Source of the DNA: Pseudomonadota bacterium
GTDB taxonomy: Bacteria; Pseudomonadota; Gammaproteobacteria; Steroidobacterales; Steroidobacteraceae
Assembly (NCBI GenBank): GCA_016705325.1
Contig: JADIYJ010000034.1
Location: forward strand, 9,685-73,684
Reading direction: 5' to 3'
Length of the DNA: 64,000 nucleotides
Shown: piece after piece, positions 11,201-20,496 of the stretch
Layout of the letters: each line of letters starts with the position of its first letter
Numbering within the stretch: position 1 is the first letter of the stretch
The notes under the pieces: generated by a model
Told to the model about the DNA's origin: nothing
Databases searched by the model: none
The model's input: the letters and a program-made list of their open reading frames with translations, nothing else
Made by a program: the position numbers and the translations under genes

Positions 11201-11728
11201 GGCGCAGCGCGTTTCGTCCAGCGGCAGCAGCACCTGCCCCTGGGCGTCCACGCGCTCTGGAATCTCGACGACGTCCCGGTACAGCGGGGAAGGGCGACGG
11301 ATGGCGCGCGCGAAGATGTCGGGCCGATCCTGGTACCCGATCAGCAGCGCGTCGCGCATGCCCTGCGAGGTGACCAGCAGTGTCGGCGCGCCCGTGCGCT
11401 CGAGCAATGCATTGGTGGCGACGGTGGTGCCGAGACGTACTGAAGTCACGCGACGGCCGCAGGCAGCGCCGTGCCGTTCGAGCAGCAGGTCGATGCCGCG
11501 CAATGCCGGATCGGCCGGACGATGCGGGTCCCGCGACAGGACCTTGCAGGTGTGCAGCGAGCCATCCGGCGCGGTGCCGACCACGTCGGTGAACGTGCCG
11601 CCGCGATCCACGGCGAACGCCCAACCGACCGTTTCGCGTTGTGCAATGTGCGGCAATCGCAACCGGCTCCAGTCCGGCGTCAACGATTGATGGACCACGG
11701 CTCCCGGAAATCTCATCCGGGCCTGCAA
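8176..11728 (-). pseudogene. 5-oxoprolinase / hydantoinase A-B fusion (OplAH-like), disrupted by two frame breaks and an internal ~55-aa gap
   Basis: Three minus-strand pieces make up the gene. Piece 11072..11728 has WAFAVDRGGTFTDVV. Piece 8802..11831 has GFDMGGTSTDVS... and the hydantoinase B part ...NSPYAGGTHLPDMTVV. Piece 8176..8901 has MRHVQDNAE...NNFTFG...THMTNSRLTDPE. Breaks lie near 11210 (gaaac-gcg) and near 9028 (aaccc-tgg). TDPELE is followed directly by GGAPGVPGRN, so the conserved R.GSGG.G..GGDG block is missing. The start codon is uncertain. Confidence 0.85.
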
Positions 11729-11834
11729 ATATTCTGTCAGATCGGCGGCTGCTCGCGCGCGGACCTGCGCAGCCGGGGCCCTGTCGGGAACTCACGGTCG
11801 CGCCGGCCGGGCAGTCTGCGACGCGACGCATGGC

Positions 11835-12251
11835 ATGATGCGAGCCATCATGCCGAAGACCGCACGTCCTGCGCCTGGCGCGCGCGCGCCCGCCGATGTC
11901 GAGGAGCGCGCACGCCGGATCGCAGCAATCATCGGGGTCGTGCGCAGGATTCCTCGCGGCCGGGTGACGACGTACGGCGCCGTTGCGGCTCGCGCCGGGC
12001 TCCCGCGCCAGGCCCGACTCGTCGGCAAGGTGCTGGCCGGCCTGCCGCAGGACAGCGGCGTGCCGTGGCAGCGAGTGGTCGCAGCCGGTGGGCGCATCGC
12101 CTTTCCGGCAGGCTCGCCTGCGCGCGGGCGGCAGATTTCCCGGCTGCGCGCCGAAGGCATCGAAGCTGCGCGCGGACGCGTGGACCTGGCCAGGTACGGC
12201 TGGGGCGCAGCCGTGGGCGATCTGGACCAGTTACTGTGGTCGGGCGAATGA
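11835..12251 (+). CDS. MGMT-family DNA-binding protein (methylated-DNA-protein-cysteine methyltransferase C-terminal-like, YbaZ/ATL type)
   Basis: IPRGRVTTYGAVAARAGLPRQARLVGKVLAGLPQDSGVPWQRVV matches the MGMT DNA-binding domain. The active-site PCHRV is replaced by PWQRV, as in alkyltransferase-like proteins. Confidence 0.8.
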   Translation: MMRAIMPKTARPAPGARAPADVEERARRIAAIIGVVRRIPRGRVTTYGAVAARAGLPRQARLVGKVLAGLPQDSGVPWQRVVAAGGRIAFPAGSPARGRQISRLRAEGIEAARGRVDLARYGWGAAVGDLDQLLWSGE

Positions 12252-12321
12252 GACCCAGACCGCGTTACGCGGTGCGCGAAAGCCTTATCATGCACGGCAT
12301 GCGGACTGGAGCGCTTCCCGG

Positions 12322-12834
12322 ATGACCGAGCGATACGTCGTTTTTTCACACGGCAAGGACAGCGAGCCGTGGGGCAGCAAGATCGCAGCGATGGCCGAAA
12401 TCGCGCGCGAGGAGGGCTTCCACGTCGAGTCCGTCGACTATCGCGGCATCGAGGATCCGCAGGCGCGCGTGACGCGACTGCTCGCATTCTGCAAGGACTT
12501 GCGTGGATCGCTGGTGCTCGTCGGTTCGAGCATGGGCGGTTACGTGTCGGTGGCGGGTTCCTCGCTGCTGCAGGCGCGTGGCATGTTCCTGCTGGCGCCG
12601 GCGCTCTACATGCCCGGCTACGAGAAATTCAGCCCGCGACCCGCGCACTGTCCGACGACCATCGTCCACGGCTGGCGCGACGAGGTGATCCCGGTCGACA
12701 ACAGCATCCGTTTCGCGAAAGAGCAGAAGGCGACGTTGCACGTCGTCGATTCAGACCATCAGCTCCTCGACCAGATCCGCGCGATCAACCATTTCTTCGC
12801 ATACTTCCTCTTTCAGATTGACGAGTTCCATTGA
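12322..12834 (+). CDS. Small alpha/beta-hydrolase (YqiA-like esterase family)
   Basis: ATG at 12322 in the frame of ORF 11983..12834. YVVFSHGKDSEPWGSK... and the nucleophile elbow LVGSSMGGY, later HGWRDEVIP and ...DSDHQL (Ser-Asp-His arrangement). Confidence 0.7.
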   Translation: MTERYVVFSHGKDSEPWGSKIAAMAEIAREEGFHVESVDYRGIEDPQARVTRLLAFCKDLRGSLVLVGSSMGGYVSVAGSSLLQARGMFLLAPALYMPGYEKFSPRPAHCPTTIVHGWRDEVIPVDNSIRFAKEQKATLHVVDSDHQLLDQIRAINHFFAYFLFQIDEFH

Positions 12835-12972
12835 GGGAAGGGGAGGAAGGAGAGGAAGGATAGGAAGGGGAGGAAGGAGAGGAAGGAGAGGAAGGATAGG
12901 AAGGGGAGGAAGGAGAGGAAGGAGAGGCAGGGCCCACTTCCTTCCTTCCTTCCCTCTCCCCCCCCTCCTCTT
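12833..12972. repeat. Polypurine tandem repeat (36-nt unit built from GGAAGGAGA sub-repeats, ~2.6 copies) followed by a 36-nt polypyrimidine tract
   Basis: Positions 12833..12927 are all purine except T at 12861 and T at 12897 (36 nt apart). A spacer cagggccca follows, then an all-pyrimidine run at 12937..12972 (cttccttccttccttccctctccccccccctcctctt). The element starts inside the stop codon of the upstream gene. Confidence 0.95.
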
Positions 12973-13015
12973 GCGCTAGAATCCCCGCCCGGGCCCTTGC
13001 CCCGGGGGAAGCATC

Positions 13016-13291
13016 ATGTCCGTTGCCGCCAGGTTACCTGTCGCCGCCATTGCGCTGTCGATGCTCGTCGCGTGCGGGTCGTCCGCGCCGGATCCGCGGG
13101 ACGAGGCCACAAGCGAGGCGGAAGCCCGGGAACTGGGCCGGGACACGGACAAGACGGTGCTGGACGACATGATCCAGACCGAAGACAGGGCGCGGGCCGT
13201 GGAAGACGTGACCATGGACGCCAAGCGCAATCTCGACGAGGCGATCGACGCCCAGACGGACGGCGCAAGCGACGAGCCGGGCGGCAATTAG
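13016..13291 (+). CDS. Small acidic lipoprotein, function unknown
   Basis: ORF with the signal + lipobox MSVAARLPVAAIALSMLVACGSS. GGGGGAAG lies 6 nt upstream of the ATG as a possible RBS. The rest is acidic low-complexity sequence. Confidence 0.55.
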   Translation: MSVAARLPVAAIALSMLVACGSSAPDPRDEATSEAEARELGRDTDKTVLDDMIQTEDRARAVEDVTMDAKRNLDEAIDAQTDGASDEPGGN

Positions 13292-13322
13292 CTCCGCGCC
13301 GCGGCCGCGGCGGGGCGAGTCC

Positions 13323-13994
13323 ATGCAGCGCATCATCGAACCCGAGCTCATGGACGCGGCCGAGCAGGCGCACGCCTATGCGATGGCCGACTTCGCCGAG
13401 CCCAACGAACGCTTCGTCGGCTATTTCGCGGCAGCGTTTCCCGAACTGCAGACGGGCGCGGTGCTCGACCTCGGCTGCGGTCCGGGCGACATCGTGCTGC
13501 GCCTGGCGACCCGCCATGCCGGACTTACCGTGCATGGCATCGATGGCTCGGCGGCGATGCTGCGGTTTGCCAGCGAAAGCCTGCACGAATCCCCGGAACT
13601 CGGCGGCCGCGTGCAGTTCATCGAGGGCTTGCTGCCGGGTGCCACGCTGCCGTTGCCGGGCTACGACGCCGTCGTCAGCAACAGCCTGCTGCATCACCTG
13701 CACGACCCGGACGTGTTCTGGCGTGCGGTGCGCGAGGCGGGGGCGCCTGGCGCGGCTGTGCTCGTGATGGACCTGTTCCGGCCGGAGTCTGCGGCGGCGG
13801 CGCAGGCCATCGTCGACCAGTACGCCGCGAACGAGCCCGAGGTGCTGCGCCTCGACTTCCTCGCATCGCTCTGCGCCGCGTTCGAGCCCGACGAAATCCG
13901 CGCGCAACTGCAGGCGCACGGTCTCGACGGTTTCAGCGTCAGGACCGTCTCCGACCGGCATCTGCTCATCACGGGCCGCCTGCCACCGCGATGA
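13323..13994 (+). CDS. Class I SAM-dependent methyltransferase
   Basis: VLDLGCGPGD (motif I) and downstream YDAVVSNSLLHHL. The 4-nt overlap (ATGA) with plsB suggests co-transcription. Confidence 0.85.
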   Translation: MQRIIEPELMDAAEQAHAYAMADFAEPNERFVGYFAAAFPELQTGAVLDLGCGPGDIVLRLATRHAGLTVHGIDGSAAMLRFASESLHESPELGGRVQFIEGLLPGATLPLPGYDAVVSNSLLHHLHDPDVFWRAVREAGAPGAAVLVMDLFRPESAAAAQAIVDQYAANEPEVLRLDFLASLCAAFEPDEIRAQLQAHGLDGFSVRTVSDRHLLITGRLPPR

Positions 13995-16452
13995 GCGACT
14001 TCTCCGCCTTCGAGCGGCTTGCCCTGCCGATAATCCGCGGACTGGTCGCCCTGTGGGTGCGGCCGTCGGTGCTGCCGGACGACGCGAAGTCGCAGCACAG
14101 GCCCGGCCGCGTTCCCGTGTACGCGCTCGAAAAGCGCAGCGTGATCGACCTCGCGGTGCTCGAGTACGTCTGCCGCGAGCGGGACCTGCCGGATCCACAC
14201 CTGCCGGTCGGCGCCAGGGCGGTGCTGGCGGATTCGTTGATCTTCCTCGAGCGCCGCACCGGCTTCTTCGGGCAGCGCATCGATCGCCGCATGCCCGAGG
14301 CGCTGCGCGCGCTGACGGTCGCGGCGGGCGAGGATCTCTCGTTCGACCCCGAATTGATTCCGGTGAGCCTGTTCTGGGGCCGCGCCCCGGATCGTGAGCG
14401 CACGTGGTTCCGGCTGCTGATCGCCGAGGACTGGGACATTGGCGGGCGCTTCCGCAAGTTCCTCTCGCTGCTCATCAACGGCCGCAACCTGCTCGTGCTG
14501 TTCGGCGAGGCCATGCCGGTGCAGTCCGCGATGTCGGAGACGCGGGGCATGCCGCGCGGCCCGCGCCGGATGTGGCGCCAGCTGCGCATGCAGTTCCGCA
14601 ACCAGCGCGCGGCGACGATCGGTCCCGATCTCTCGCATCGGCGCACGATCGTGACCGAGGTGCTGCGCACGCATGCGGTGCGCGATGCCGTGCGCCAGGA
14701 AGCCCGGGACAAGAAGATCTCGCGCCGCGACGCGCTGAGGGTTGCGCGCGGGTACGCCTACGAAGTCGCAGCGAACTATTCGCACGCGTTCGTCGTGTTT
14801 GCGTCGGGAATTCTCGGCCGGCTGTGGAACCGGCTCTACGACGGCGTCGAACTCGCCAATTTCGCAAGCCTGCAGTCCGTCGACGAGGGCAGCGAAATCG
14901 TCTACGTGCCGTGCCACCGCAGTCACATGGACTACCTGCTGCTGTCGTACGTCGTGTACCACAAGGGCTATGCGGTTCCGCACATCGCGGCCGGCATCAA
15001 CCTCAACATGCCGGTCATCGGCTCGTTGCTGCGACGGGGTGGTGCGTTTTTCCTGCGCCGCAGTTTCGGCGGCAACGCGACGTACTCGGCCGTGTTCTCC
15101 CGCTACCTGGGCGCGATGATGGCGCGCGGCCACTCGATCGAGTATTTCATCGAAGGCGGCCGCAGCCGCACGGGGCGCCTGCTGCAGCCGAAGACGGGCA
15201 TGCTCGCGATGACCGTGCGCGCCTACGTGCGCAAGCCGGTGCGCCCCGTCGTGTTCGTGCCCATCTATTTCGGCTACGAGCGCCTGGTCGAAGGCCGCAC
15301 CTACATCGGCGAGTTGTCCGGGCGGCCGAAGGAGAAGGAATCGATCATCGGCATGCTGCGCGCGCTGCCCGAACTGCGCAGCCGCTTCGGCAAGGTCTAC
15401 GTCAGCTTCGGCGAGCCACTGCCGCTCGACCGCCTGCTCGAGCGCCACGTGCCGGGCTGGGATCGGCAGCAGCCGGTCACGGAAGAAAAGCCCGCCTGGC
15501 TGTCGCCGCTCTGCGTCGACCTGGCCCACCAGATCATGGCGCGCATCAACGCCGCCGCGTGCGTGACGCCGGTCAACCTGATGGGCACGGTGCTGCTCGC
15601 GACGCCGCGGCAGCGCATGGGCGAGGCCGACCTGGCCCGCCAGCTCGAGCTGTATGCGTCGCTGATGCGGCAGGCGCCGTATTCGTCGCGCGTCTGGGTC
15701 ACGCCGCTCGATGGCCAGTCGATGATCCGGCACTGCGATTCGCTGCGCATGCTGTACCGGCAATCGCATCCGCTCGGCGACATCGTCGGCATGTCCGAAT
15801 CGACGGCGGTGCTGTCGAGCTACTATCGCAACAACGTCCTGCACCTGCTGCTGATGCCTTCGTTGCTGGCGAGCGCACTTTCCTCAACAATACTTCCGTG
15901 CGGCGGGTCGACCTGCTGCGCCTGGCGGGCCGCGTCTATCCGTACGTCGCGGATGAGTACTTCCTGCACTGGCGCGAGCACGAACTGCCGGCGGTGGTCG
16001 ATGAACTGCTCGAGGACCTGCTGAACCACGGCCTGCTCACGGCTTCCGACGACCGCAACGAATGGCGGCGGCCGGCCGCCGAGTCGAGCGAAGCCGTGCA
16101 GCTGTCGGTGCTGGCACGAATCAGCGTGCCGATCCTCGAACGCTATTACCTGGCAATCTCCCTGCTGCTGCGTGCGGGCAGCGGGCGCCTGACGCAGGAA
16201 GCGCTCGAGCGGCAGTGTCAGCTGACCGCGCAACGCATGGCGATGCTGTACGAACTCAATTCACCCGAGTTCTTCGATCGTGCGCTGTTCGGAAATTTCG
16301 TCGGGCGCCTGCGCGCGCGCAACGTCGTCAGCGAGGCCGCCGAGGACAAGCTCGTCTTCGATGCGAAGGTGCTCGAGGCCGTAGCCTCGGACGCGCAGTT
16401 CGTGCTGCACGAGCAGATCCGCAACTCCATCCTGCAGGTCGTGCACCGCTGA
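13991..16452 (+). CDS. plsB: Glycerol-3-phosphate 1-O-acyltransferase; one frame break near 15878-15881
   Basis: The HX4D acyltransferase motif VPCHRSHMDYLLLSYV and IEYFIEGGRSRTGRLL are in ORF 13991..16024. The family sequence continues in the frame of ORF 14404..16452 (FLNNTSVRRVDLLRLAGRVYPYVADEYFLHW...LYELNSPEFFDRALF). The join is at the T run in gcactttcctc. Confidence 0.9.
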
Positions 16453-16525
16453 ACTGAGCGCAGGTTCCTGCGGGGGACGGCCCTGCGTCGCCCCGCGGGG
16501 CTTCTGCGGTCGCCGAACGGCTGCC

Positions 16526-16957
16526 TCAGTCCTCGAACTTCTTCTGGCGCAGCACCTTCACCTTGCCGCGCTGCGTCTTGCCCTCGAGGCGCTGCACCTT
16601 CGAGGCCCGCGTCGGCTTCGTCTTGCGGCGCGGCTTGGGTTCGACCAGCGCCGCCACGATCATCGTGCGCAACCGGTCGAGCGCGTCCGCACGATTCTGT
16701 TCCTGCGAACGCAGTCGCTGTGCGTCGATGACGATCATGCCGGCAGCCGTCATGCGGCGACCCGCAAGGCGTTGCAGTCGCGCGCGTGCATTCGGCCACA
16801 GGCCGTCCCACGCGGCCGAATCGAAGCGCAGCTCGACGGCGTTGGAGACCTTGTTGACGTTCTGCCCGCCCGGTCCCGAGGCACGCACGGCGCGGAACTC
16901 GATCAGGTCGTCGGGAATCGAGATCGATTCGTTGATTTCGAGCGGCACCGCCGGCAC
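16526..16957 (-). CDS. arfB: Alternative ribosome-rescue factor ArfB (YaeJ, peptidyl-tRNA hydrolase)
   Basis: 143 aa with SGPGGQNVNKV (GGQ motif) and a basic C-terminal tail KPRRKTKPTRASKVQRLEGKTQRGKVK. GTG start. Confidence 0.9.
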   Translation of the reverse strand: MPAVPLEINESISIPDDLIEFRAVRASGPGGQNVNKVSNAVELRFDSAAWDGLWPNARARLQRLAGRRMTAAGMIVIDAQRLRSQEQNRADALDRLRTMIVAALVEPKPRRKTKPTRASKVQRLEGKTQRGKVKVLRQKKFED

Positions 16958-18274
16958 TCAGTCGCGCGGCGCGACGGGCGGAGCCGGTGCCATCTGGACG
17001 CGGATTTCGCGCTGCGCGACCGGAATCGTCAGGCCATTGTCCTTGAATAAGCGCCAGATGCGCCGATTCACGTCGGATCGCACGTTGTTGACGCCTTCCT
17101 GCGGATCGGGAATCCAGAAGCGCAGCTCGAGTTCGATGCCGTGGTCGCCGAAGCCCATCAGGCGTGCAACCGGCGTGGGCTCGTGCAGGATGCGGGGATG
17201 TCCGTGGGTGGCCTGCAGCAGCAGTTTCATCGCGACTTCGGGATCGTCCTTGTAGCTCACGCGGATCGGCAGCTTCAGGCGCACGCGCGGGTCCGTGTAG
17301 CTCCAGTTGATCACCGGGTTGGTGATCAGGTTCTGGTTCGGCACCAGCGTCTCGACGCCATCGCGGTCGCGCACGACGACGTAGCGGCCGCGCAGTTCCT
17401 CGACCCAGCCGAAGCCCTCGGTCGCGGTGCCCGTGGTGCCGGTGAAGCTGATGACGTCGCCTGGCTTGATCGAGCGGTCCATCAGCAGCACGAAGCCACT
17501 GACGAAATTGGCCGCGATGCTCTGCAGGCCGAAACCGAGGCCGATGCCGATGGCGCCCGTGAGCACGTTCAACGTCGTCAGGTCGAGGCCTGCCGCATTC
17601 AGCCCGACCAGCACGGAGAGGCCGACCAGGAACGCCTGCACGAACTTCGCGATGCCGATGCGCATCGTCGGGGCGAGCGCGTCGAGCTTCAGCACGTGGC
17701 GCTCGAGCCAGCGCGAGACCCACAGCGCGAGCAGCACGAAGACGCTGACCGTGACCAGCAGCTTCATCACCGACCAGACGGAGATCCGCGTCTTGCCCGC
17801 CTGCATACCGATGCCGTCGAGGGCGCGGATGACCTCGTCGCCCCAGCCCAGCAGGTGCAGCGAGAGGAAGATCCAGATCACGCCGGTGATCGCGGCGCCC
17901 CAGCCCTTGACCCGGGCACGGGTACCGAGCGACACGCGCAGCACGTAGATGACGACCCGGATCAGCAGCAGCAGCCCGATCAGCTGCACCGCCTCGTCGA
18001 CGATGTCGGCCCGCAGCCCGGCCGCATGCAGCAGGCCATCGACTGCCGCCAGGGCTACCAGGGTCAAGGCCGGTGGCGCGCCGATGAAGAGCAGTTCGCG
18101 TAAGCGGTCCGGCAGGTTCTCGGGCTCGGGCGAGACCGTGATGTGCGAGCGGGCGAACCTGGCGGCCCACCAGCCGAGCAGCAGCGCGCCGGTGATGACG
18201 ACCAGCTGCAGGAAGTTGTCGGGCTGTCGCAGGGTTGCCAGCGCGTCGCCGATGACCTGCAGCTGGCTTCTCAT
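16958..18274 (-). CDS. Mechanosensitive ion channel family protein (MscS-like)
   Basis: 438 aa with several N-terminal TM helices, then LTGAIGIGLGFGLQSIAANFVSGFVLLMDRSIKPGDVI and the beta-domain typical of MscS. Confidence 0.88.
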   Translation of the reverse strand: MRSQLQVIGDALATLRQPDNFLQLVVITGALLLGWWAARFARSHITVSPEPENLPDRLRELLFIGAPPALTLVALAAVDGLLHAAGLRADIVDEAVQLIGLLLLIRVVIYVLRVSLGTRARVKGWGAAITGVIWIFLSLHLLGWGDEVIRALDGIGMQAGKTRISVWSVMKLLVTVSVFVLLALWVSRWLERHVLKLDALAPTMRIGIAKFVQAFLVGLSVLVGLNAAGLDLTTLNVLTGAIGIGLGFGLQSIAANFVSGFVLLMDRSIKPGDVISFTGTTGTATEGFGWVEELRGRYVVVRDRDGVETLVPNQNLITNPVINWSYTDPRVRLKLPIRVSYKDDPEVAMKLLLQATHGHPRILHEPTPVARLMGFGDHGIELELRFWIPDPQEGVNNVRSDVNRRIWRLFKDNGLTIPVAQREIRVQMAPAPPVAPRD

Positions 18275-18278
18275 CCTG

Positions 18279-18503
18279 TCACGCGTTGAGGTCCGGGATC
18301 AGCTGGCTCTCGAGGCGGGCGATCTGGTCCTTCAGCAGCAGCTTGCGCTTCTTCAGCCGGCGCAGCTGCACCTGGTCCACGTAGAGGTCGAGCTGCAGGC
18401 GATGGATCACGTCGTCGAGGTCGCGGTGCTCGATGCGCAGGCCCCGCAACCGGTGCAGGTTCTGGAACGTCTCGGTGTCGACGTTGTCCGTCTGTTCAGC
18501 CAT
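18279..18503 (-). CDS. DUF465 (YdcH-like) family protein
   Basis: Internal ATG of ORF 18279..18560 gives MAEQTDNV...HRDLDDVI...LRRLKKRKLLLKDQIARLE, the DUF465 pattern. Confidence 0.75.
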   Translation of the reverse strand: MAEQTDNVDTETFQNLHRLRGLRIEHRDLDDVIHRLQLDLYVDQVQLRRLKKRKLLLKDQIARLESQLIPDLNA

Positions 18504-18568
18504 CGCGGGCGCTGTTCGTGGTCCGGTGCGGGGCAGATACTTTAGCCCCCGGCCGCGCAAAAAGGGAG

Positions 18569-18874
18569 CTAGTCCAGGCCGATGGTCTCCACGCGCTGCC
18601 CGAACATCACCACGAACCCCTGCTGCCGGGTATTGCCGTCCAGCGTGTAATCGAAGACGTAGGTGCGTTCGAAGGCCAGCCGCCCGCCGGCGGCCCGGAC
18701 GACCTTGATCGACCGGAATGCGACGGTCCCGTCAAGCAGCATGCCGCCGGTCGCAGCGCAGGTTTCACGGGCGGCGGCGTTGGCTCGTTCCCGTGCCCCG
18801 AGTGCGTCGTGCCAGAACAGCGCGAAGCCGCTGAAGGCGATGCACAGGAGCAGCAGGCTCCACGAGAGTTCCAC
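18569..18874 (-). CDS. DUF3301 domain-containing membrane protein
   Basis: An N-terminal TM helix, then WHDALGARERANAAARETCAATGGMLLDGTVAF...FDY, as remembered for DUF3301. Confidence 0.65.
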   Translation of the reverse strand: MELSWSLLLLCIAFSGFALFWHDALGARERANAAARETCAATGGMLLDGTVAFRSIKVVRAAGGRLAFERTYVFDYTLDGNTRQQGFVVMFGQRVETIGLD

Positions 18875-18886
18875 GGTGGGCGGGGC

Positions 18887-19705
18887 TCAAAACAGCTTGT
18901 GCCAGTGGCGGGAAGCGTCGCCGTACGCCAGGAAATGCGGGTTCAACAGGGTGTCGCGCTCGTTGTAGCGCAGGGGCAGGCCAGCGAGCGTCGTGACCGA
19001 CCCGCCGGCCGCCTCGACCACCGCCTGCGCGGCCGCGGTGTCCCATTCGCAGGTCGGCCCCAGGCGCGGGTAGAAGTCGGCCGTACCCTGGGCGACCAGG
19101 CAGAACTTGAGTGAACTGCCCATCGGCCGCATTTCGTGCGCCCCGATCCGCTCGAGCACGCTGTCGAGCGAGTCGCCGCGATGCGAGCGACTGCCGACGA
19201 TCACGAGTGGGTCCGCGGCGGGGTGACGCACGTGGATGGGCTGCGCGGTGCCACCGTCGTGCGTCACGAACGCGCCGGCATCTTCGACGCCGTAGAAGAC
19301 CAGGCTGAGCACCGGTGCCGCGACGACGCCGAGGATGGGCTTGTGGTTACGGATCAGCGCGACATTGACCGTGAACTCGCCGTTGCGGTTGATGAATTCC
19401 TTGGTGCCGTCGAGCGGATCGATCAGCCAGAAATCGTTCCACCGGTGCCTGACGTCCGGGGCGTGCTCAGCCGCCGACTCTTCCGAAAGCACGGGGATGT
19501 CCGGGGTGAGCTGGCGCAGCCCGGCGCTCAGGATGTCGTGCGCGGCGCGGTCTGCGCGCGTGATCGGCGAATCGTCCGCTTTGTATTCGACGTCGTGGCC
19601 GGACGCGTAGACCTCCAGGATCGCGGTGCCGGCGGCTTCGACGATACGCAGCACTTCGGGCAGCAGCGACGCCGGGTCGCGGGTCACGGCATGGTTCAAG
19701 CTCAT
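18887..19705 (-). CDS. cysQ: 3'(2'),5'-bisphosphate nucleotidase
   Basis: Inositol-monophosphatase-fold motifs DDSPITRAD, WLIDPLDGTKEF and WDTAAAQAV. Start taken at the internal ATG (MSLNH...) of ORF 18887..19759. Confidence 0.88.
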   Translation of the reverse strand: MSLNHAVTRDPASLLPEVLRIVEAAGTAILEVYASGHDVEYKADDSPITRADRAAHDILSAGLRQLTPDIPVLSEESAAEHAPDVRHRWNDFWLIDPLDGTKEFINRNGEFTVNVALIRNHKPILGVVAAPVLSLVFYGVEDAGAFVTHDGGTAQPIHVRHPAADPLVIVGSRSHRGDSLDSVLERIGAHEMRPMGSSLKFCLVAQGTADFYPRLGPTCEWDTAAAQAVVEAAGGSVTTLAGLPLRYNERDTLLNPHFLAYGDASRHWHKLF

Positions 19706-19776
19706 CTCCCGGTAATGGACGGCCGTATCATACCGATCCCGCCTACCCGCCTGTGTCACCCGAACGGCCCGCGCCT

Positions 19777-20496
19777 ATGTCCCTCTTTCCGATCCCCGAG
19801 TGGTCCCGCATCGACGTCGTGTGCCTAGACATGGACGGCACCGTGCTCGACCTGCATTTCGACAACCTGTTCTGGCTCGAGGTGCTGCCGCGGCGCTGGG
19901 GCGAGGCACGCGGCCTCGATTACGACGCGGCGATGGCGCAACTGCGGCCGCGGTTCGACGCCAGGCGGGGCACGCTCGACTGGTACTGCGTGGATCACTG
20001 GAGCGACGAACTCGGGCTCGACATCCCGGCGCTCAAGCACGAACTGCGTGACGAAATCCGCTACCTCGAAGGTGCCGCGGACTTCCTTGACCTGCTGCGG
20101 GGCCTCGGCAAGCGGGTGCTGCTGACGACCAACGCGCACCCGCTCAGCCTGCAGGTGAAGGATGCGCAGACCCAGCTGTCGCGGCACTTCGACGAACTCG
20201 TCTCATCGCACGAATTCGGCGTGCCGAAGGAGCGCCCGGAGTTCTGGGTGGAACTTGCACGCAGGCACGCTGTGCCGCTCGCCCGCACATTGTTCGTGGA
20301 CGACAGCGCGACCGTGCTGCAGGCGGCGCAACGGGCGCAAGTGGGTTGGATCTACCAGGTGCTGCAGCCGGACTCGACGCGTCCGCCGCATCCCCCGGTC
20401 GATGGCATCGCCGGAGTGCGCAGGCTGGCAGACCTGCGCGATTCTGTCCTCGATCAGCTCTCCGCAGGCGCGGGGCCGGAATCACCGCCGCCCTGA
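19777..20496 (+). CDS. HAD-superfamily hydrolase (YrfG-like GMP/IMP nucleotidase family)
   Basis: Has CLDMDGTVLD (DxDxT motif I), LLTTNAH and FVDDS. Its 3' end overlaps the convergent rhlB by 43 nt. Confidence 0.8.
   Translation: MSLFPIPEWSRIDVVCLDMDGTVLDLHFDNLFWLEVLPRRWGEARGLDYDAAMAQLRPRFDARRGTLDWYCVDHWSDELGLDIPALKHELRDEIRYLEGAADFLDLLRGLGKRVLLTTNAHPLSLQVKDAQTQLSRHFDELVSSHEFGVPKERPEFWVELARRHAVPLARTLFVDDSATVLQAAQRAQVGWIYQVLQPDSTRPPHPPVDGIAGVRRLADLRDSVLDQLSAGAGPESPPP

Noticed and set aside
13694-15844. 716-aa minus-strand ORF antisense to plsB. Similar long antisense or off-frame ORFs are at 16218..18170 (-), 22614..24029 (-), 26509..28839 (+), 33241..35088 (-), 41715..43367 (+), 47812..49203 (-), 50298..51875 (-), 54708..56093 (+) and 55036..56868 (-)
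   Set aside because: All overlap strongly supported genes (plsB, mscS-like, rho, purD/purH, the sulfatase-like gene, the GMC oxidoreductase, czcC, czcA, accC). They have the low-complexity R/A/G/P/H/D composition expected when stop codons are rare in GC-rich DNA.
16459-16500. Short hairpins (cgcagg-tt-cctgcg, and the ccccgcgggg palindrome) between convergent plsB and arfB as a bidirectional terminator
   Set aside because: The stems are only 5-6 bp and there are no U-tracts on either strand. I could not support a terminator call from sequence alone.
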